In this document: piece after piece, positions 1 to 12,437 of the stretch
Layout of the letters: every line of letters begins with the position of its first letter
Numbering within the stretch: position 1 is the stretch's first letter
Assembly (NCBI RefSeq): GCF_030144855.1
Contig: NC_082714.1
Location: 94,674,001-94,738,000 of the forward strand
Length of the DNA stretch: 64,000 bases
DNA from: Hypanus sabinus
Taxonomy: Eukaryota
Reading direction: 5' to 3'
Position numbers and translations under genes: made by a program
Notes under the pieces: generated by a model
What the model was told of the DNA's origin: nothing
Seen by the model: only the letters and a program-made list of their open reading frames with translations
Database searches by the model: none

Positions 1-539
1 CAACGACACACCGATCTCCTGCACGGGCACCGACCTCCGATTGTCCCATCTCTGGAGCCAGGAAATATCAGAGCTCCAAAGGCGAGAGAGGCTCCTATGC
101 CGCGCCCTTGGCGTGCCGAAGAACGGCCAGTCGTGAAACTGCGAGAGTGAGTGCCATTCCCGCAAAGAACCGTAGTTAGCTCATTACCCCAGCTCAGGGT
201 CCTCAAAAGAGTCCTGAAATGGAAAAATAGAGAGTCTAATGATAGAACAGAGCTGTTTCCGAAGATGCAAGCAATGAAGTCGCCGTCAGGCACCGTCGTC
301 CTCCTAAGTTACGCCTAGAGAAGTGAAAGTATTGGATATCTTTCTTGTTATCACAAGACCAGAAGGGCGTTAGTGGTATGCTAATAAGACAATAAGCTAG
401 AAGAGGAGAGTAGGTCCATTTAGTCTATCGATTCTGCTCCGCCATTCCAACATAGCTTTCTTCTTAATGCGCCCTTAACGATGAATTACATAGATTCTCA
501 AACGTCTGGATAAAGATATTGCTCCTTAACTTTGTTGTC

Positions 540-1950
540 AATGGACCCTTTATTCAGTGATCGTGGCCTCTGGTCCAGACTGAGTAACGGAAGGAGGTAT
601 CCACTCCGTACGCACTCTATCTAGGTCTTTCAATATTCGATAGGTTTCATTGAGATATCCCCTCTGCATTCTTCTAAACTGCAGCGACAACGGCTCAAGA
701 ATCATCAAAGGCTCCTTATACCTTTTATTCCCAGGATTATGTTCGTGAAACTTCTCTGAACCATCTTCACTGCTTAGGTCTGGGACCCAAAACTGCTCAC
801 AATGCTCTAAGTGCGGCATTACCAGTACTTTATAAAGCCTCAGCATTACAGCCTTGCTTCTATATTTTAGTCTCAAAATGCTTGACAACAAAGCATTTAC
901 CGTCCTTACCACCGACGCAACGTGCAAATAACATTTAGGGATTCCTACTAACGACTCCCAATTTTCATTGCAACTTAGATTGTTGAATATTCTTCACATT
1001 CAGAAAATATTCTATGCCTTTGTTCTTTCTACCAAAGTATGTGCTCATATACTGCCCACGCTATATTCCAGCTGCAACTTATTTGTCCATTCTCCAATTC
1101 TGTCTAAGTCTTTCTACAGACTCTGTGTTTCCTGCACTACCTTACATGCTCATCCACTTGTCTTCATATCGCCACAAAGCCATCAATCCGTCTACAAAAT
1201 CGTTGACGTCAAGTTTCAAAAGAAACAATACCAACACCGACAGTGCGAAACATTACTTGTCTGTGGTAACTATTCTTCAATCCATGCTAGTATCTTTCCA
1301 GGGATACCATTGGCTCTTTTGTAAATCAGCTTCATGTGTGGCACCTTGTCAAAACTTTCTAAAATGCAAGAACACAGCATCCACAAACTCTCCGTTGTCT
1401 ATATTTCACGCAGTTATTTTCTCAGTAAAATCCAACAGGTTTGTCAGCAAAGATCTGCCCTTCAGGAGACCTTGCCCTGATGTTGGCCTACTGTATCATG
1501 TGGCTCCATGTACACCGAAGCTTCATCCTTAATCATGGACTCCAGCAACATCCCAACTACTATCGTCCAGCTAAGTGGCCTATAAATTCCTTCACCCTCC
1601 CTTTCTTTAAAAAGCTCCGGAGACATTTACAGTGTTGCCGTCCTCCTGATTCATGAAAGAACATTACTAACGTTTCATAGAATTTCCTGCCTCTGTTAGA
1701 ACCCAGGAGTGCACTTACAGAACTTTCAGTTTCCCAAGAACCTTCTGCTTAGTATTATCAATACACTCCCTTCTGATACTCTCGAGTTTCTGGCATATTG
1801 TAGATATCTTCCACAGTGAAGGCAGGTGTAAAATACATTAATTTCGATTGACATTTCTTTATTCCCCCATTACTGCCTGCCTACCATTATTTCCCAGAGT
1901 TCTAATGTCCGCACTTACCTTCGATGTACTCTTTTATGTCATCGGCTAGC
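540..1950 (-). mobile_element. CR1-type LINE, decayed RT 3' region
   Basis: ORF 550-927(-) contains LRLYKVLVMPHLEHCEQFW...ETYRILKDLDRV, a CR1 RT C-terminus. The + ORFs at 968-1656 are its antisense. Confidence 0.8.
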
Positions 1951-4741
1951 CTACTTTCATATTTGCTATCTTACCTTCAAATATTTAATATTCCATATGT
2001 AGGAATAAGGAGCCAGATTTAATAAGCATTTGGGGCCTACAAGAGCGTATCTGCCGAAGTGAGTGAGTTGCCATTTATTTTGTCTGAACTGTTTTTCTTT
2101 TCCTGGGCGTTGAGTGAAGAGGCTTCAAGTTGGCTGGACAAGTGCTCTGCAATTGTAACGTTCCATGCGTGTCGCAAGAGGACGGTGCGCAGCAAGTTTG
2201 AGATTTCCGGTTGCAGCTTTCGGAACGAGCAGTAGCGGATACTAACGGTAAACAAAGAACTTTATAAATTTAAATCTGAAGAAGCTGTTAAACATTAACG
2301 GAAACATCAAAAATGTTTGCAAAACCAACACCTAGCTTCACATGTTTTCCCTGCAGGACATTTGGACCACAAATTTTCACGTTGTCTGGCAACTTGGAAC
2401 AGAGCGAGAACTTTGCTCCTGAGACTCCTGCAACAATCATTTAGATCATGGCTGACTTTGGGGACGGAAATAATATGAAAAATAGTGTAGGGCAGAAAGA
2501 ACTTACAGATCCAGGTAGAGCCGAGCCGGAGCCGATTTACGTGAAAGGAAATTCGTTGCAGACTTTAGTACCAAGGTCTGGAACGCGGCTTGTGAGATTT
2601 ACACTGGGTGAGTTTAGGAACTAGCCGAAACAATGAGCAGCTCAAAGGGAAGTTTCAGAACAATGATGAAATCTGACAATGGAGAGAATCTATTGTCATC
2701 CAAGAAGGACAGAACTAGAGAGAGGCAAACGACGTGTAATTTAGAGCGCTCGCTTCAGAGTTTACACCACTTCTTCTTCTTCTTCGCGAATGGTATTAAA
2801 ATAAAGCATGCGTGGAATGAGCCGGCACTAGTACGGCGGAGAAGGCAAGTGGAAGGCCTGATCAGTGATCTTCGTTTATATGATATTATTATCTGACGTA
2901 AACTCCTTCACCTAAAACAATACCATTTTATTTCAAAAAAATACATTTAAAAATTCATCATGGGATTGTGAGGAGTCATTAGTGAAAAGGTATCGTTCAA
3001 TGCACGGCTCCAATTTGTTAGTTTCAAATTTTAGAGTAAGAATATTTACTTTGAATGCAGTTGAAATCTAAAACGGCTAAGAGCCGATAAGGACCCATCT
3101 CAAATATTGTGTAATATGGAGTTATATAAAACATACATGGAGACAAACGTCAGCATTACGTTTCACCAAATTATGGGACTTGATTTTCTAAAATCCCTTT
3201 GATTTTATAATGTGTCACGGCATAATATAACAAAATTGGATTGTCGTTGGAATAGTTGACTGCTTGGTTGAGAAAATGAGGATTATAGTAAAACGTCCAT
3301 TTTAAATCTCGCCTCTATAGACGGTAAGTCTGTCGGCATTATTTCAGGTTGAAGAAAGGAAGCAGGACAATTTATATTGATTTTTAAATTGATAATTTCT
3401 ATGAAAATATATTTTTTTTTCATCTTTGTCTTTAGAGCATGGGAAACTAAAATGATTTTGAAATCGACAAAGAGTTATCAATCCATGTAGGAGAAATTCT
3501 GGGAGAGTAAGATTAATACAAATAAATACTGTTGGTGAAATTGACAATAAATTTAAAAGAAGTGTAAAGTTCTTGAGGGGAAAAAATCCAGGGTAATTAT
3601 GGATGATGTAGATCTACTCGTCGTCATCTTGGAAAATGCGATAGGTATTCCCACAGACGAAAATACGATAAATGTAAGGAAACAAAAGAAAAGCAATATA
3701 CTAGTAGTGGTCGACCCGACATTTATGTCAAGTAAACTGCTAAAATGTGCTCATAAGTACGTGGCAATTGGGAAAATAGAATGACTGGATTTGATGGAGT
3801 TATTCTTGATTCATCAGTGTGAAACATGATTGACAACACTACATTTAGAGGTTTTAAGTCACTGAAGAGTTAAAAGCGAAGTATTGAACGTGTTTACTTT
3901 ATGAAAACAGATGATATGGCGTCACAGGAAATTATTAAACATGATATGATATATGATCATGGATTGATGTTTTGTTAACGGAAATATAACATTTTAACAA
4001 AAGGTGAAACGTGTATGAGCGAAGGCTCAAGGTACAAAGAAACTGAAATGCGATGTGGAGAAATGTAAATTCAAGTGCACCGGTCAACAATTAGTGAAGA
4101 AGTTATTTCTGATCAACGTCTGAAAGATGTTGATTTCAAATGGTACTCGTCGGTAGTTTTAAACAAAACATTAAGAATTACTGTAGAAGAACAAGAGGCA
4201 AATGGGAAAGAAATAACCCGCTGCTTTTGTTGCAAGGAAATGATCACAGAGTTGAAGATAGGACTAAGGCAATGTCGGTGGTCTTTAGGATAATTGGATG
4301 TTAACTCGCAAGAACACCAAAATGTATTCTGGCTCTCACTGAGTTGATGTTGAGTTAATGATTCGATTGGATTTAGGTAACGAGATTCACCGCCATGCTT
4401 TAAAATTAGGGTCGACCATTCAGAACTAAGTTGAGAAGAAAATTCTTCATCCAAATCGTAATAAATCTCCAGATCTCTCTGCGCGTGTGGCACTGTAGCT
4501 TCAGTATTTGATCATATTTACGACCGAGCTGGGACTTTTTAGATTATAAATTAAGATTCCGGTCTGAATTTCGTATGGGAGCATAGAACTGAATTGCCAA
4601 ATTGTAGTTACTGAAGAAGTGCTCTGCAGCGTGACAAATAAAGTGCAAGGGCCACACGGCTGAGAGAAATAAAACAAGGTGACTTGACAACGCCTGTTTC
4701 TTGCCTACGGTGTAAGCAGCTTGAGGCACACAACGCTTTCC

Positions 4742-4894
4742 ACACGTGTTCGTTATGTATCACATAATGCCCTTTGAAGAAAGATGCACTTACGAACTTT
4801 TAACGTGTAAACAGGAAACCTGTAGCACGAATTAGTACAGTGCGGGACTTTCCACAGACGCATTTTTAAACGCAAGACCTAATTTCGGCACCTG
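4742..4894 (+). promoter_or_regulatory. Putative promoter of the VJ-C1 gene with a canonical NF-kB site
   Basis: Exact GGGACTTTCC at 4844-4853, about 120 bp 5' of the leader ATG. ETS-like CAGGAAA near 4812 and E-box-like CACGTG/CACCTG motifs nearby. Confidence 0.55.
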
Positions 4895-4971
4895 ACAAGT
4901 ATTTCGCTTTCTTTCCGAGTCCACCAATATCTGTGAAATCTCATGGTGTACAATTGGCAGGGAACGGGAAA

Positions 4972-5014
4972 ATGGACTCCTTATGGGTCTACGTCCTGAT
5001 CCATCTCCTTCCAG
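4972..5014 (+). CDS. VJ-C1 receptor exon 1: signal peptide MDSLWVYVLIHLLP(V)
   Basis: ATG at 4972, 14 hydrophobic codons plus 1 nt, then donor CCAG|GTTAGT at 5015. The 43-nt phase-1 exon is typical of Ig-type leaders and is in phase with the V exon. Confidence 0.8.
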
Positions 5015-5504
5015 GTTAGTCATCATCTTTTCGAATTTGCGGCGCAATTCCGCCCTCAGATTATTGAAGTGATCCCTTTAGGATAGGTTTATCCAAGCCA
5101 TGGCACTCTACCATTGACCGATGAATCAATGGACCCCAGTGGGAAGCCCCTGTCGTTGGGGGAAATCGTTCATCTGAATTTTTTCTCAGCTATGCAAAGT
5201 TCACCTTGTTCCAGCATTACCAGAGCTTCCCGACAGACCTTAAAATGATTCGGTTGATGTTGATGAAACATCCCACGTTGCCTTATGGAGCAAGAATAGA
5301 GAAATCCCTCGGCCTCTTTGTTCAAGAGTTAGGCAACAATGAAGATCACTGAAATATTTCTGGATTACTATTAGGTTCCCGTAACACCAAATCCCTCTCC
5401 AGTCCCGCCTCTCCAGGACTTTACTATGATGCGGGATCCCACGTTTTCTACCACAGTGACTTTGAAATATCCTCTGGCAGTTACAAATGTCCCCCCTATT
5501 ATTT

Positions 5505-5615
5505 GTCAGTCTCTGTGTCTCGCTCTATTTGTCTATCTGTCTGCCACTCTGTTTATCTCTATCACTCCCTCTGCCTGTCTATCTATGTACCCCTATCTCT
5601 ATCTCTATTTCTTCA
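5505..5615. repeat. CT-rich low-complexity repeat in intron 1
   Basis: Degenerate TCTC/TATC/TGTC tandem units. Confidence 0.7.
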
Positions 5616-5809
5616 TCGCTTTATCATTTTCCCCATTCTGTTTGCTCCGCTTCAATCATTACGATGTAAGTCTCAATTGACATTATGCATCCTAAGAAAA
5701 AATAAAGATCGCACTGGGCATTTTACGCAGAGTCTGGTATTTTGTTTTTACAATAGATTTGATGGATTTGTACCCTGATAACACTCTGGTGAATTTCTTT
5801 CTTTCGCAG

Positions 5810-6148
5810 TTGTTAGCCCTCTGGACGTTTACCACCAGACGCCGTCATCTCAGGTTCTTTCAGTTGGAAGTACCTTTAAGGTGGATTGCCACACGGGCTG
5901 GTTACCAGGTGGGAAAGTTAATTGGTACAAACGGCAGCACCAAGAACATTTACAGTACGTTTACTCTGTGATGGAGTACACACCCCCCGCTGGAAGGTTA
6001 TCGGGACAAGTCAACGCTGAAAGTACTATTTACTCCCTGATTGTTAATGATGTGCAGAGAAGTGATTCGGGGTGGTATTACTGTTCAGCCAAATCATATA
6101 CCGAAGAGCCGTTCGTGTTCGGTAACGGTACCAAACTAGTGATTACAG
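5810..6148 (+). CDS. VJ-C1 receptor exon 2: germline-joined V-J Ig domain
   Basis: Acceptor tttctttcgcag (5809). Reads VSPLDVYHQTPSSQVLSVGSTFKVDC-HTGWLPGGKVNWYKRQ...YSLIVNDVQRSDSGWYYC-SAKSYTEEPFV-FGNGTKLVIT, with the B-strand Cys, C-strand Trp, DxGxYYC and FGxGT all in one exon. Donor ACAG|GTTAGC at 6149, phase 1. Confidence 0.93.
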
Positions 6149-6237
6149 GTTAGCAAAAGGTTATTTGTAAATCATTTGGTCGGAAGTTCCTGGTGTTACG
6201 CCTAAGTAATTGCACCCTTATTCCGATATCCCATTAG

Positions 6238-6540
6238 GGTCTCCGCGCATTGTTCTCTTAACACCGCCGATGACTGAAATTCGTGGAGTGAAAACGGTCC
6301 AGTTGATGTGCTTGGCGCAAAACGTGGACGTCGATGCCCATATCATACTCTGGAGTGTTTCGGGGCGTAATATCGAGGGACGAGTGGATTCCGGAACAAT
6401 AGACCGCGACGGGACACAAAGTTTCAGGAGTCAGATCGGAATCCCGGTGGAGACATGGCGCAGCGGCGCCGTGTGCACTTGCGCCCTTCGAGTCAACGCG
6501 ACCGAAAACTTCATTGCTGACAGTGTTTTCCCTCGAAAAG
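6238..6540 (+). CDS. VJ-C1 receptor exon 3: C1-set Ig domain
   Basis: Acceptor ccattag (6237) after an 89-bp intron. Reads SPRIVLLTPP...VQLMCL...IILWSVSG...SFRSQIGIPVETWRSGAVCTCAL...FPRK, an IgL/TCR-like C1 pattern. Donor AAAG|GTAATT at 6541, phase 1-1. Confidence 0.9.
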
Positions 6541-8619
6541 GTAATTATCGTGAAGAAGTGGCAATTCGAAACATTGGTACTTTAAAGGTACAGTGCAGAA
6601 ACCGGCGCTTTGGCTCACTTTGACCGCGTTGAACTTTTCATCTGCCAATTCCCATGCACCCGCACCCGGAGGTTAGCCCTCTATACTTCAATCCATATAG
6701 CTGTCCAAATTTCTCTTGAGTATTTATATCGAACCTGCATCCACCATTTTCGCTGGAGCTTATTCCATACTCTCTTCACCATTTCAGTGAAAAAGTTCCT
6801 TCTGAAACATTTAAACTTTTACACTTATCCCATTACCTCTCGTTCAATTCTCACCCAGCCTCAGCGGAAAACGCTTATGATTAATGATTTACTTCACAAA
6901 GGAACTAAGTATATGACGATATGATCTGTTCTAGTATTATTATATTTCTGCCGTATGTCTCACAATACTTCAATATCCCGGTTTTCAGAGTTGTAGCTCA
7001 ATGTATAGGTCAGTCATAATGACAAATATTAGAATTTTCTTGACATTCTATTCTAATTTCAATTTATCACTTTCCGCCCTAACATTTATCCGGGGTAACA
7101 AGTTTACATGCTCTCTCAATATTCCTGCAGACGGGCAGTCCATTTAAACTTACTGCTCATACAATCTTTTATAATTCAGCTGACCCTCTTTCTCCAACCC
7201 TACTTCAACAACCCTATTTTTCCTGTTTTTTTTTAACTTCTCTGTGATCCAACTTTCCTTTGGGTTCACCGAGTAGAAAAAGGCCGTTCTGTCCATCTCT
7301 GCCAAATCTTTTAGTTATAATAATATTTCCCTTTCAGGCCCAATTCTACGTTCTTGTAGCTCAAAATAATATATTGTTTTTATTTTCTGATATCAAATAT
7401 TTTCTCAACTGTTTTATGTTTTCTGCACACACGTGTCTAGCAAAGAAAACACATTTCATAACCTGAAGAACATAACCCGGTTTCATGCTTTAAGGTGACA
7501 TGGAACTTTCTTCGCTCATTCTTCATGTTCCACTGGCCATAAACTCTTACTTATCGACCCCTTTGTGGTGGCTTGTTCACCACCTTATTCCAAACCGTTG
7601 GACTCATTTTCTACTAGGTTAAGATTGTCAAACATTCCATACCTACTGATATCAACAGGCTCTGGATTTGAGCTCCAGAATGAAACTTTTTCTTCTGTTT
7701 CCTGGATGCTTCCCTTCGACACAGGCAATCCCTACACTTGGCTTTGTTGTCACCATACTTCTTCAGGACACTTACTTCGCAAAGCGTACGAGGCTTCCTT
7801 ATCCTCCGCATCAAAACACAATGCTTTTTAATTTTCCGCCAGAAAAAGGAGGAGAAAAAAAAACGATATTCCAATGGTCTGAAGGGCGCTGACAAGATGG
7901 ACAGAACGTTGAATAGTAGTCAAGGGAAATGAACCATAAACACTGTTCGGTATAGAACGCAGGATACTGCACAGTGGAGGCCTTTTTTACACACGAAATT
8001 GACTATTTAACCGATTCTAACCCTTCTATCTTATACAGCAATTTTTTCATCATCTATGTGCCCATCTAACAGTGTTTTAACTGAGCTTGATTTTTCTGCC
8101 TCTGACCGCGTTCCATGCACAGCTCACTCTATGTGAAAAAGGTTACCTCTGACCTTTCCCAAATAATCTTAAGATTATACCACCTCGATAGGTTGCAACT
8201 GCTTCGCTCCTGCGTAAGCCGGAGTTTTTGCGATTAATATGTGATTGGTATCTGACTGTGGACATATCGGTGGGCGATGATGACTTGTGTAATCATTGCA
8301 TACACCACAACTTCCATCGTACCTTACACTGGGGTGATTTTATTCCGAAGGAATGTATCTTGCAGAGCGAAGTAGTCTCTAGCACTTCATAGCATCTTTC
8401 TGCCTATGTATAGTATCCACTTGGTTATCACTGCCTCACGATCTTGCTCTCTTTTTGCGTCATAATTTAAGTTAATGTATCTTTACATCTCTTTTTATCG
8501 TAAGGGCATGGGAACTGGTATGGCAGAGATGAAGATGATCCTGCAGGTTTACATAGATGATAGATGTAACATGAGTGTAAGGTAGGACAAGTCAATGATT
8601 GGGTGCACATGCAGACAGA

Positions 8620-10710
8620 GCAAATAGTTAAATTGTATCACAGATGCATAATTCAAAAAAACGAAGAATACACGGCTGAAGGTGCTGTATTAGAATACGC
8701 GTCGCATTCAAGATTATGTGGACGAAGTCATGGCGCAATTTTGGATTCGTCTTAATGGTTTTGTGGGCATCACGGAGCGATGGCTGAAAGAAGGCCATAG
8801 TTAAGAACTTAACATCAAAGAATATACTCTGCATCAGGCAGGAAAGTAAAGGCGGTGGTATGGCTCTCATGGGAAGAGATGGAATTTCATCTTTAGAAAG
8901 AGGTGACATAGGGTTGGAGAATGTTGACGCTTTGTGGGTGGAGTTCAGAAACTGCATGCGTGGAAAAAAATGATATTATGGGAATCATATATTGGTCTCG
9001 AAATTGAGCTCAGGATGGGCGTTGAGATTTTCAACGGATCTGCAAAAGACATGCAATAATATATAATGTCACAATCGTGATGAAGGTCTAAAATATGCAG
9101 AGGGATCGGGAAAATCAGTCGATGCCGGACCGCAAGAGAGAGAATTTATTCAATGCCTGCGAGAGAGCTTTTTAGAACAGCTTGTGCTTTGAACCTACGC
9201 GGGGAAAGACTACTTTCGATTCGATGTTGTGTAATGACTCAGATGTTATTATGGAGCTTAAGGTAAAGGAAACCTTTGGAGGCAATGACCATAATATTAT
9301 TGAAATCTTACTGCAATCTGAGACGGAGAAGTATAAGCATGTCATATTTATCACCATTGTAATGGAATACAGGGGATTAAAGAGCAAAAAGAACAGAAAT
9401 TATAGGCCATTTAGCCTCATCCCATTTGTTGGGCAAGCATTGGAGTCTATTACTAAGGAAGACTTGTCGGGATGCTGAAAGACTAATGGGAAAATAAGTG
9501 AATGTCACCATGGCGCCTGTCAAGGGAAATCTTTCGTCACAAATCTGTTAGAGTTCTGCGAGGAATTAATAAGCTGGGCAGACAAAGGAGAGGGAACAAG
9601 ATGGAATCTTATGGCTATACAGGAAAGATGCGGCATGGATAGAGGATTGGCTGACAGGCAGGAGACAGCGAGTGGGAATAAAGGAGGTATTTTTGGTTGG
9701 CTGCCTATGAATATTGTTGTTCCTGGGGGAACAGTATTGGGACCGCTTCCTTTCTTTTTGTTTGACAATAATTTGGATAATACGATTTATGGCTTTGTGG
9801 CAAAGTTTCGGATGATACGAAGCTAGGTGGAGGGTAGATAGTGCTGAGGAGGAAATGCCAAAACAACAGAACTTAGACAAAATGGGAAAGCAGGCAAAAA
9901 AGTGGCAGATGGAATACAGTTTTGGGAAATATATGATAATGCACTTTGGTAAATTGAATGATACGGTGGACTTATCTAAATGGGGAGATATTTCAAATAT
10001 CACAGGTGCAGAGGGGCCAAGACTCCTAGAAGGTTGATTTACAGATTTACATGGTAAAGGTCTAAGGTAAAGAAGGCAAACACAATGTTGCACATGTTTC
10101 AAGGAAAATAGAATATAAAAGCAAACAGATAATGTTCAGGCTCTATGAGAGACTATTCAGGCCTCACTTAAAGTATAGTTCACAGTTTAAGGCCGCATCT
10201 CCCAGAAATGATAGGTTGTCTTTGGAGAGATTCCACAGAAGGTTCATGATGATGAATCCAGGAAAGAAGCGGTTAAGTTATGAGGAGGGTTTGGTAATGT
10301 TTGACCTGTACTTACTGGAAATTAGAAGAATGCGGCGGGATCTAATTAAAACCTACCGTATGTTGAAAGGGCTCAATAGGGTCGATGTGGAGAGGATATA
10401 TCCTATGGTGGGACTATCCAGAACTAAGGGACACAGCCTCAAAATTCAGAGCAGATCTTTTAGAACAGAGGGAAAAAGGTTTAATTTTATCCAGAGAGTA
10501 GTGATTCGGTAGAATGGCTCTGCCACATTCTGCATTGGAGGCTGAGTCTATAGATATACTTCGTGCGCAAATTGATAGTTTCCTGATCGGTCAGGTCATC
10601 AAAGGTTATAGCGAGGAGACAGGTGTATTGAGTTAAGTGAGATCCGGGATCAGCCATAATGGAATGGCCGAGCAGACTCGATGGGCTGAAAGACCTAATT
10701 CTGCTCCTAC
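8620..10710 (+). mobile_element. CR1 LINE (endonuclease to RT to 3' end, decayed) in intron 3 of the VJ-C1 gene
   Basis: TRGKTTFDSMLCN...GGNDHNII (endonuclease end), NYRPFSL, PGGTVLGPL and RLYERLFRPHLKYSSQF...DLIKTYRMLKGLNRVD. Confidence 0.85.
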
Positions 10711-11003
10711 GTCTTATGGTCTTACAGTACTTTATAGGTTTTAGTGTTGCACGACCAGTTAGTGATTTTGAAGCTGATTCTGATTCTAATTATCCACCCG
10801 ACTTTTTCTCCTTCGCCTTCCCTCTTTTGATTCGTAGACGGATATCCAGAACTTTCAGAAATATATATAAATCATATGTATAGTATTTATAATTCATATG
10901 ATACCTCCTACCGTGCGTACTATCATTATGAATATATCATTAAAATCGGAAATTATGGTATAGATATGTTAGAACAAAAATGAACGTTTCCTTTCTCTTA
11001 CAG

Positions 11004-11120
11004 ATCCCCCTTCCCTCAATGTTTGCCTTTTGCTGAATTCTGTCGGCTTCCCTGTGGCGTTTATAGTTCTGTTCGCGGTTATATTCGCCGTGGGACGCAG
11101 CTGCAGGATCCGACAGTCAG
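11004..11120 (+). CDS. VJ-C1 receptor exon 4: stalk and transmembrane segment
   Basis: Acceptor tttctcttacag (11003). Phase-1 reading (D)PPSLNVCLLLNSVGFPVAFIVLFAVIFAVGRSCRIRQS, a hydrophobic run followed by basic stop-transfer residues. Donor TCAG|GTACCT at 11121. Confidence 0.85.
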
Positions 11121-11231
11121 GTACCTAATTCGTTCTAACTCCCCACAACATTTTTGTTCTTGTTTTCTATTTCTGCGTTCGTTCAGTGCCATATTTTAAG
11201 ACAACGTTTATCTTAAATCTTTGTATTTCAG

Positions 11232-11290
11232 GCAAGAAGAGCGGTCAGATGAACTTCGCAGAAGTGAGAACTCGGGCGGCAGGAAATGAT
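11232..11290 (+). CDS. VJ-C1 receptor exon 5: cytoplasmic (G)KKSGQMNFAEVRTRAAGND
   Basis: Acceptor tgtatttcag (11231), phase 1 in. The probable donor GAT|GTACGA at 11291 (a weaker donor) gives phase 0, matching the last exon. Confidence 0.7.
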
Positions 11291-11879
11291 GTACGAATCC
11301 TTTATCTTTGCTTTGGTTTACTTCGAAAATTAAATAGTATAGTGCAGCACAACAGCTGGCACTTATTCGCATAACGTTTCTCCGAGGTAATGGAGATGAT
11401 GTTTATATACCTATTAAACCAATTGGTTCCCCGTACATTCCACCATTCTCTGAACGTCCGCGTACCTGTCTAAGCTTATTTCAAGGGGCTTCAAAAGGTT
11501 ACAAATGGAACATTGCAAAACTTTTCTTAGCACATCGACATGCTGGGATAACAATTACAAGGACTGTGTAGCATGAAACATGTTTTTCAGCGCAGCTCGT
11601 TAACTCTGGCTATGATGCATCATTAGAATAATCCCCGTTGCCTGCATTTGGTCAATGACATTCTAAGCTCTTTCTATCCATGTACCTGTCCAAATGACTT
11701 CTGAATGTTGTAATTGTGCTTGTCCCCATAATGTCATCTGGCAATTCATGCTATGCAGGGTACCTCTCAGCTTCCACCGGTTCAGGGAAAGCATTATTCA
11801 GTCAATCAGTGTTAACATAAGCCCTTCAGTCACTGTTACATTCCTATGAATTTATTACGCACTCTTACTACTGAATCAA

Positions 11880-12330
11880 ATAATTCCTATGGTGCGGCAG
11901 CCAAAAATGCAATAATATTGTCATTGTATGATCACCGTCTTGTATTCAACTCTTTCCACCATATTTCTCTCTAATTCGGCATGTCATCCAAGAATTTGAC
12001 AAACCTTTATAGATGCCAACGGGAGAATATTCTCACAGGTTGCTTCAGGAGTCGTCTGGAAACATCAATTCCCTTCAACAGAGAAGTCGAGAGAAAAACT
12101 GTATCCATTACAGTCAGGGCCCTCGCCACCATTAAACATATCACATGGAGCGCTTTCGCAGGAAAGCAGCATCCATTATTAAGGACCTCGATCAATCAGG
12201 CCGTACATTCTTCTTGCTGCTGTCATTAGAAGGAGGCACAGGAGTTTCAGGTCCCACACCCCAAGGTTCTTTAACAGTTATTACGCTTCAACATTAGGCT
12301 CCTGAATCACAACACTGAACAGATCCAGAA
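11880..12330 (+). mobile_element. Rex1/Babar-type LINE 3' fragment
   Basis: KNLTNLYRCQRENILTGCF, a match to the Rex1/Babar NFYRCTIESILTGC motif. Confidence 0.65.
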
Positions 12331-12383
12331 CTTATGGACTTACTTTCCAGATCACGACAAGTCAATATATCAACAACATTTAT

Positions 12384-12384
<1 letters not shown>

Positions 12385-12436
<52 letters not shown>
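12385..12436. repeat. (TATC)13 microsatellite
   Basis: Perfect tetranucleotide run. Confidence 0.95.

Positions 12437-12437
<1 letters not shown>

Noticed and set aside
4113-4493. 126-aa - strand ORF upstream of the receptor
   Set aside because: No recognisable domain, a non-ATG start and no supported exon chain.
5585-5671. MYPYLYLYFFIALSF...|GTAAGT as the leader exon
   Set aside because: It lies in a CT-rich repeat and gives a phase-0 donor incompatible with the phase-1 V exon. The 4972-5014 leader fits better.
5810-6540. Calling the VJ-C1 gene a TCR chain or an Ig light chain
   Set aside because: No RSS, no charged TM residue for CD3, and TM plus ITSM exons that IgL lacks.
5452-7976. CACAGTG heptamers at 5452 and 7970 (also 37675) as RSSs
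   Set aside because: No ACAAAAACC-like nonamer at 12 or 23 spacing, and none abuts a coding end.
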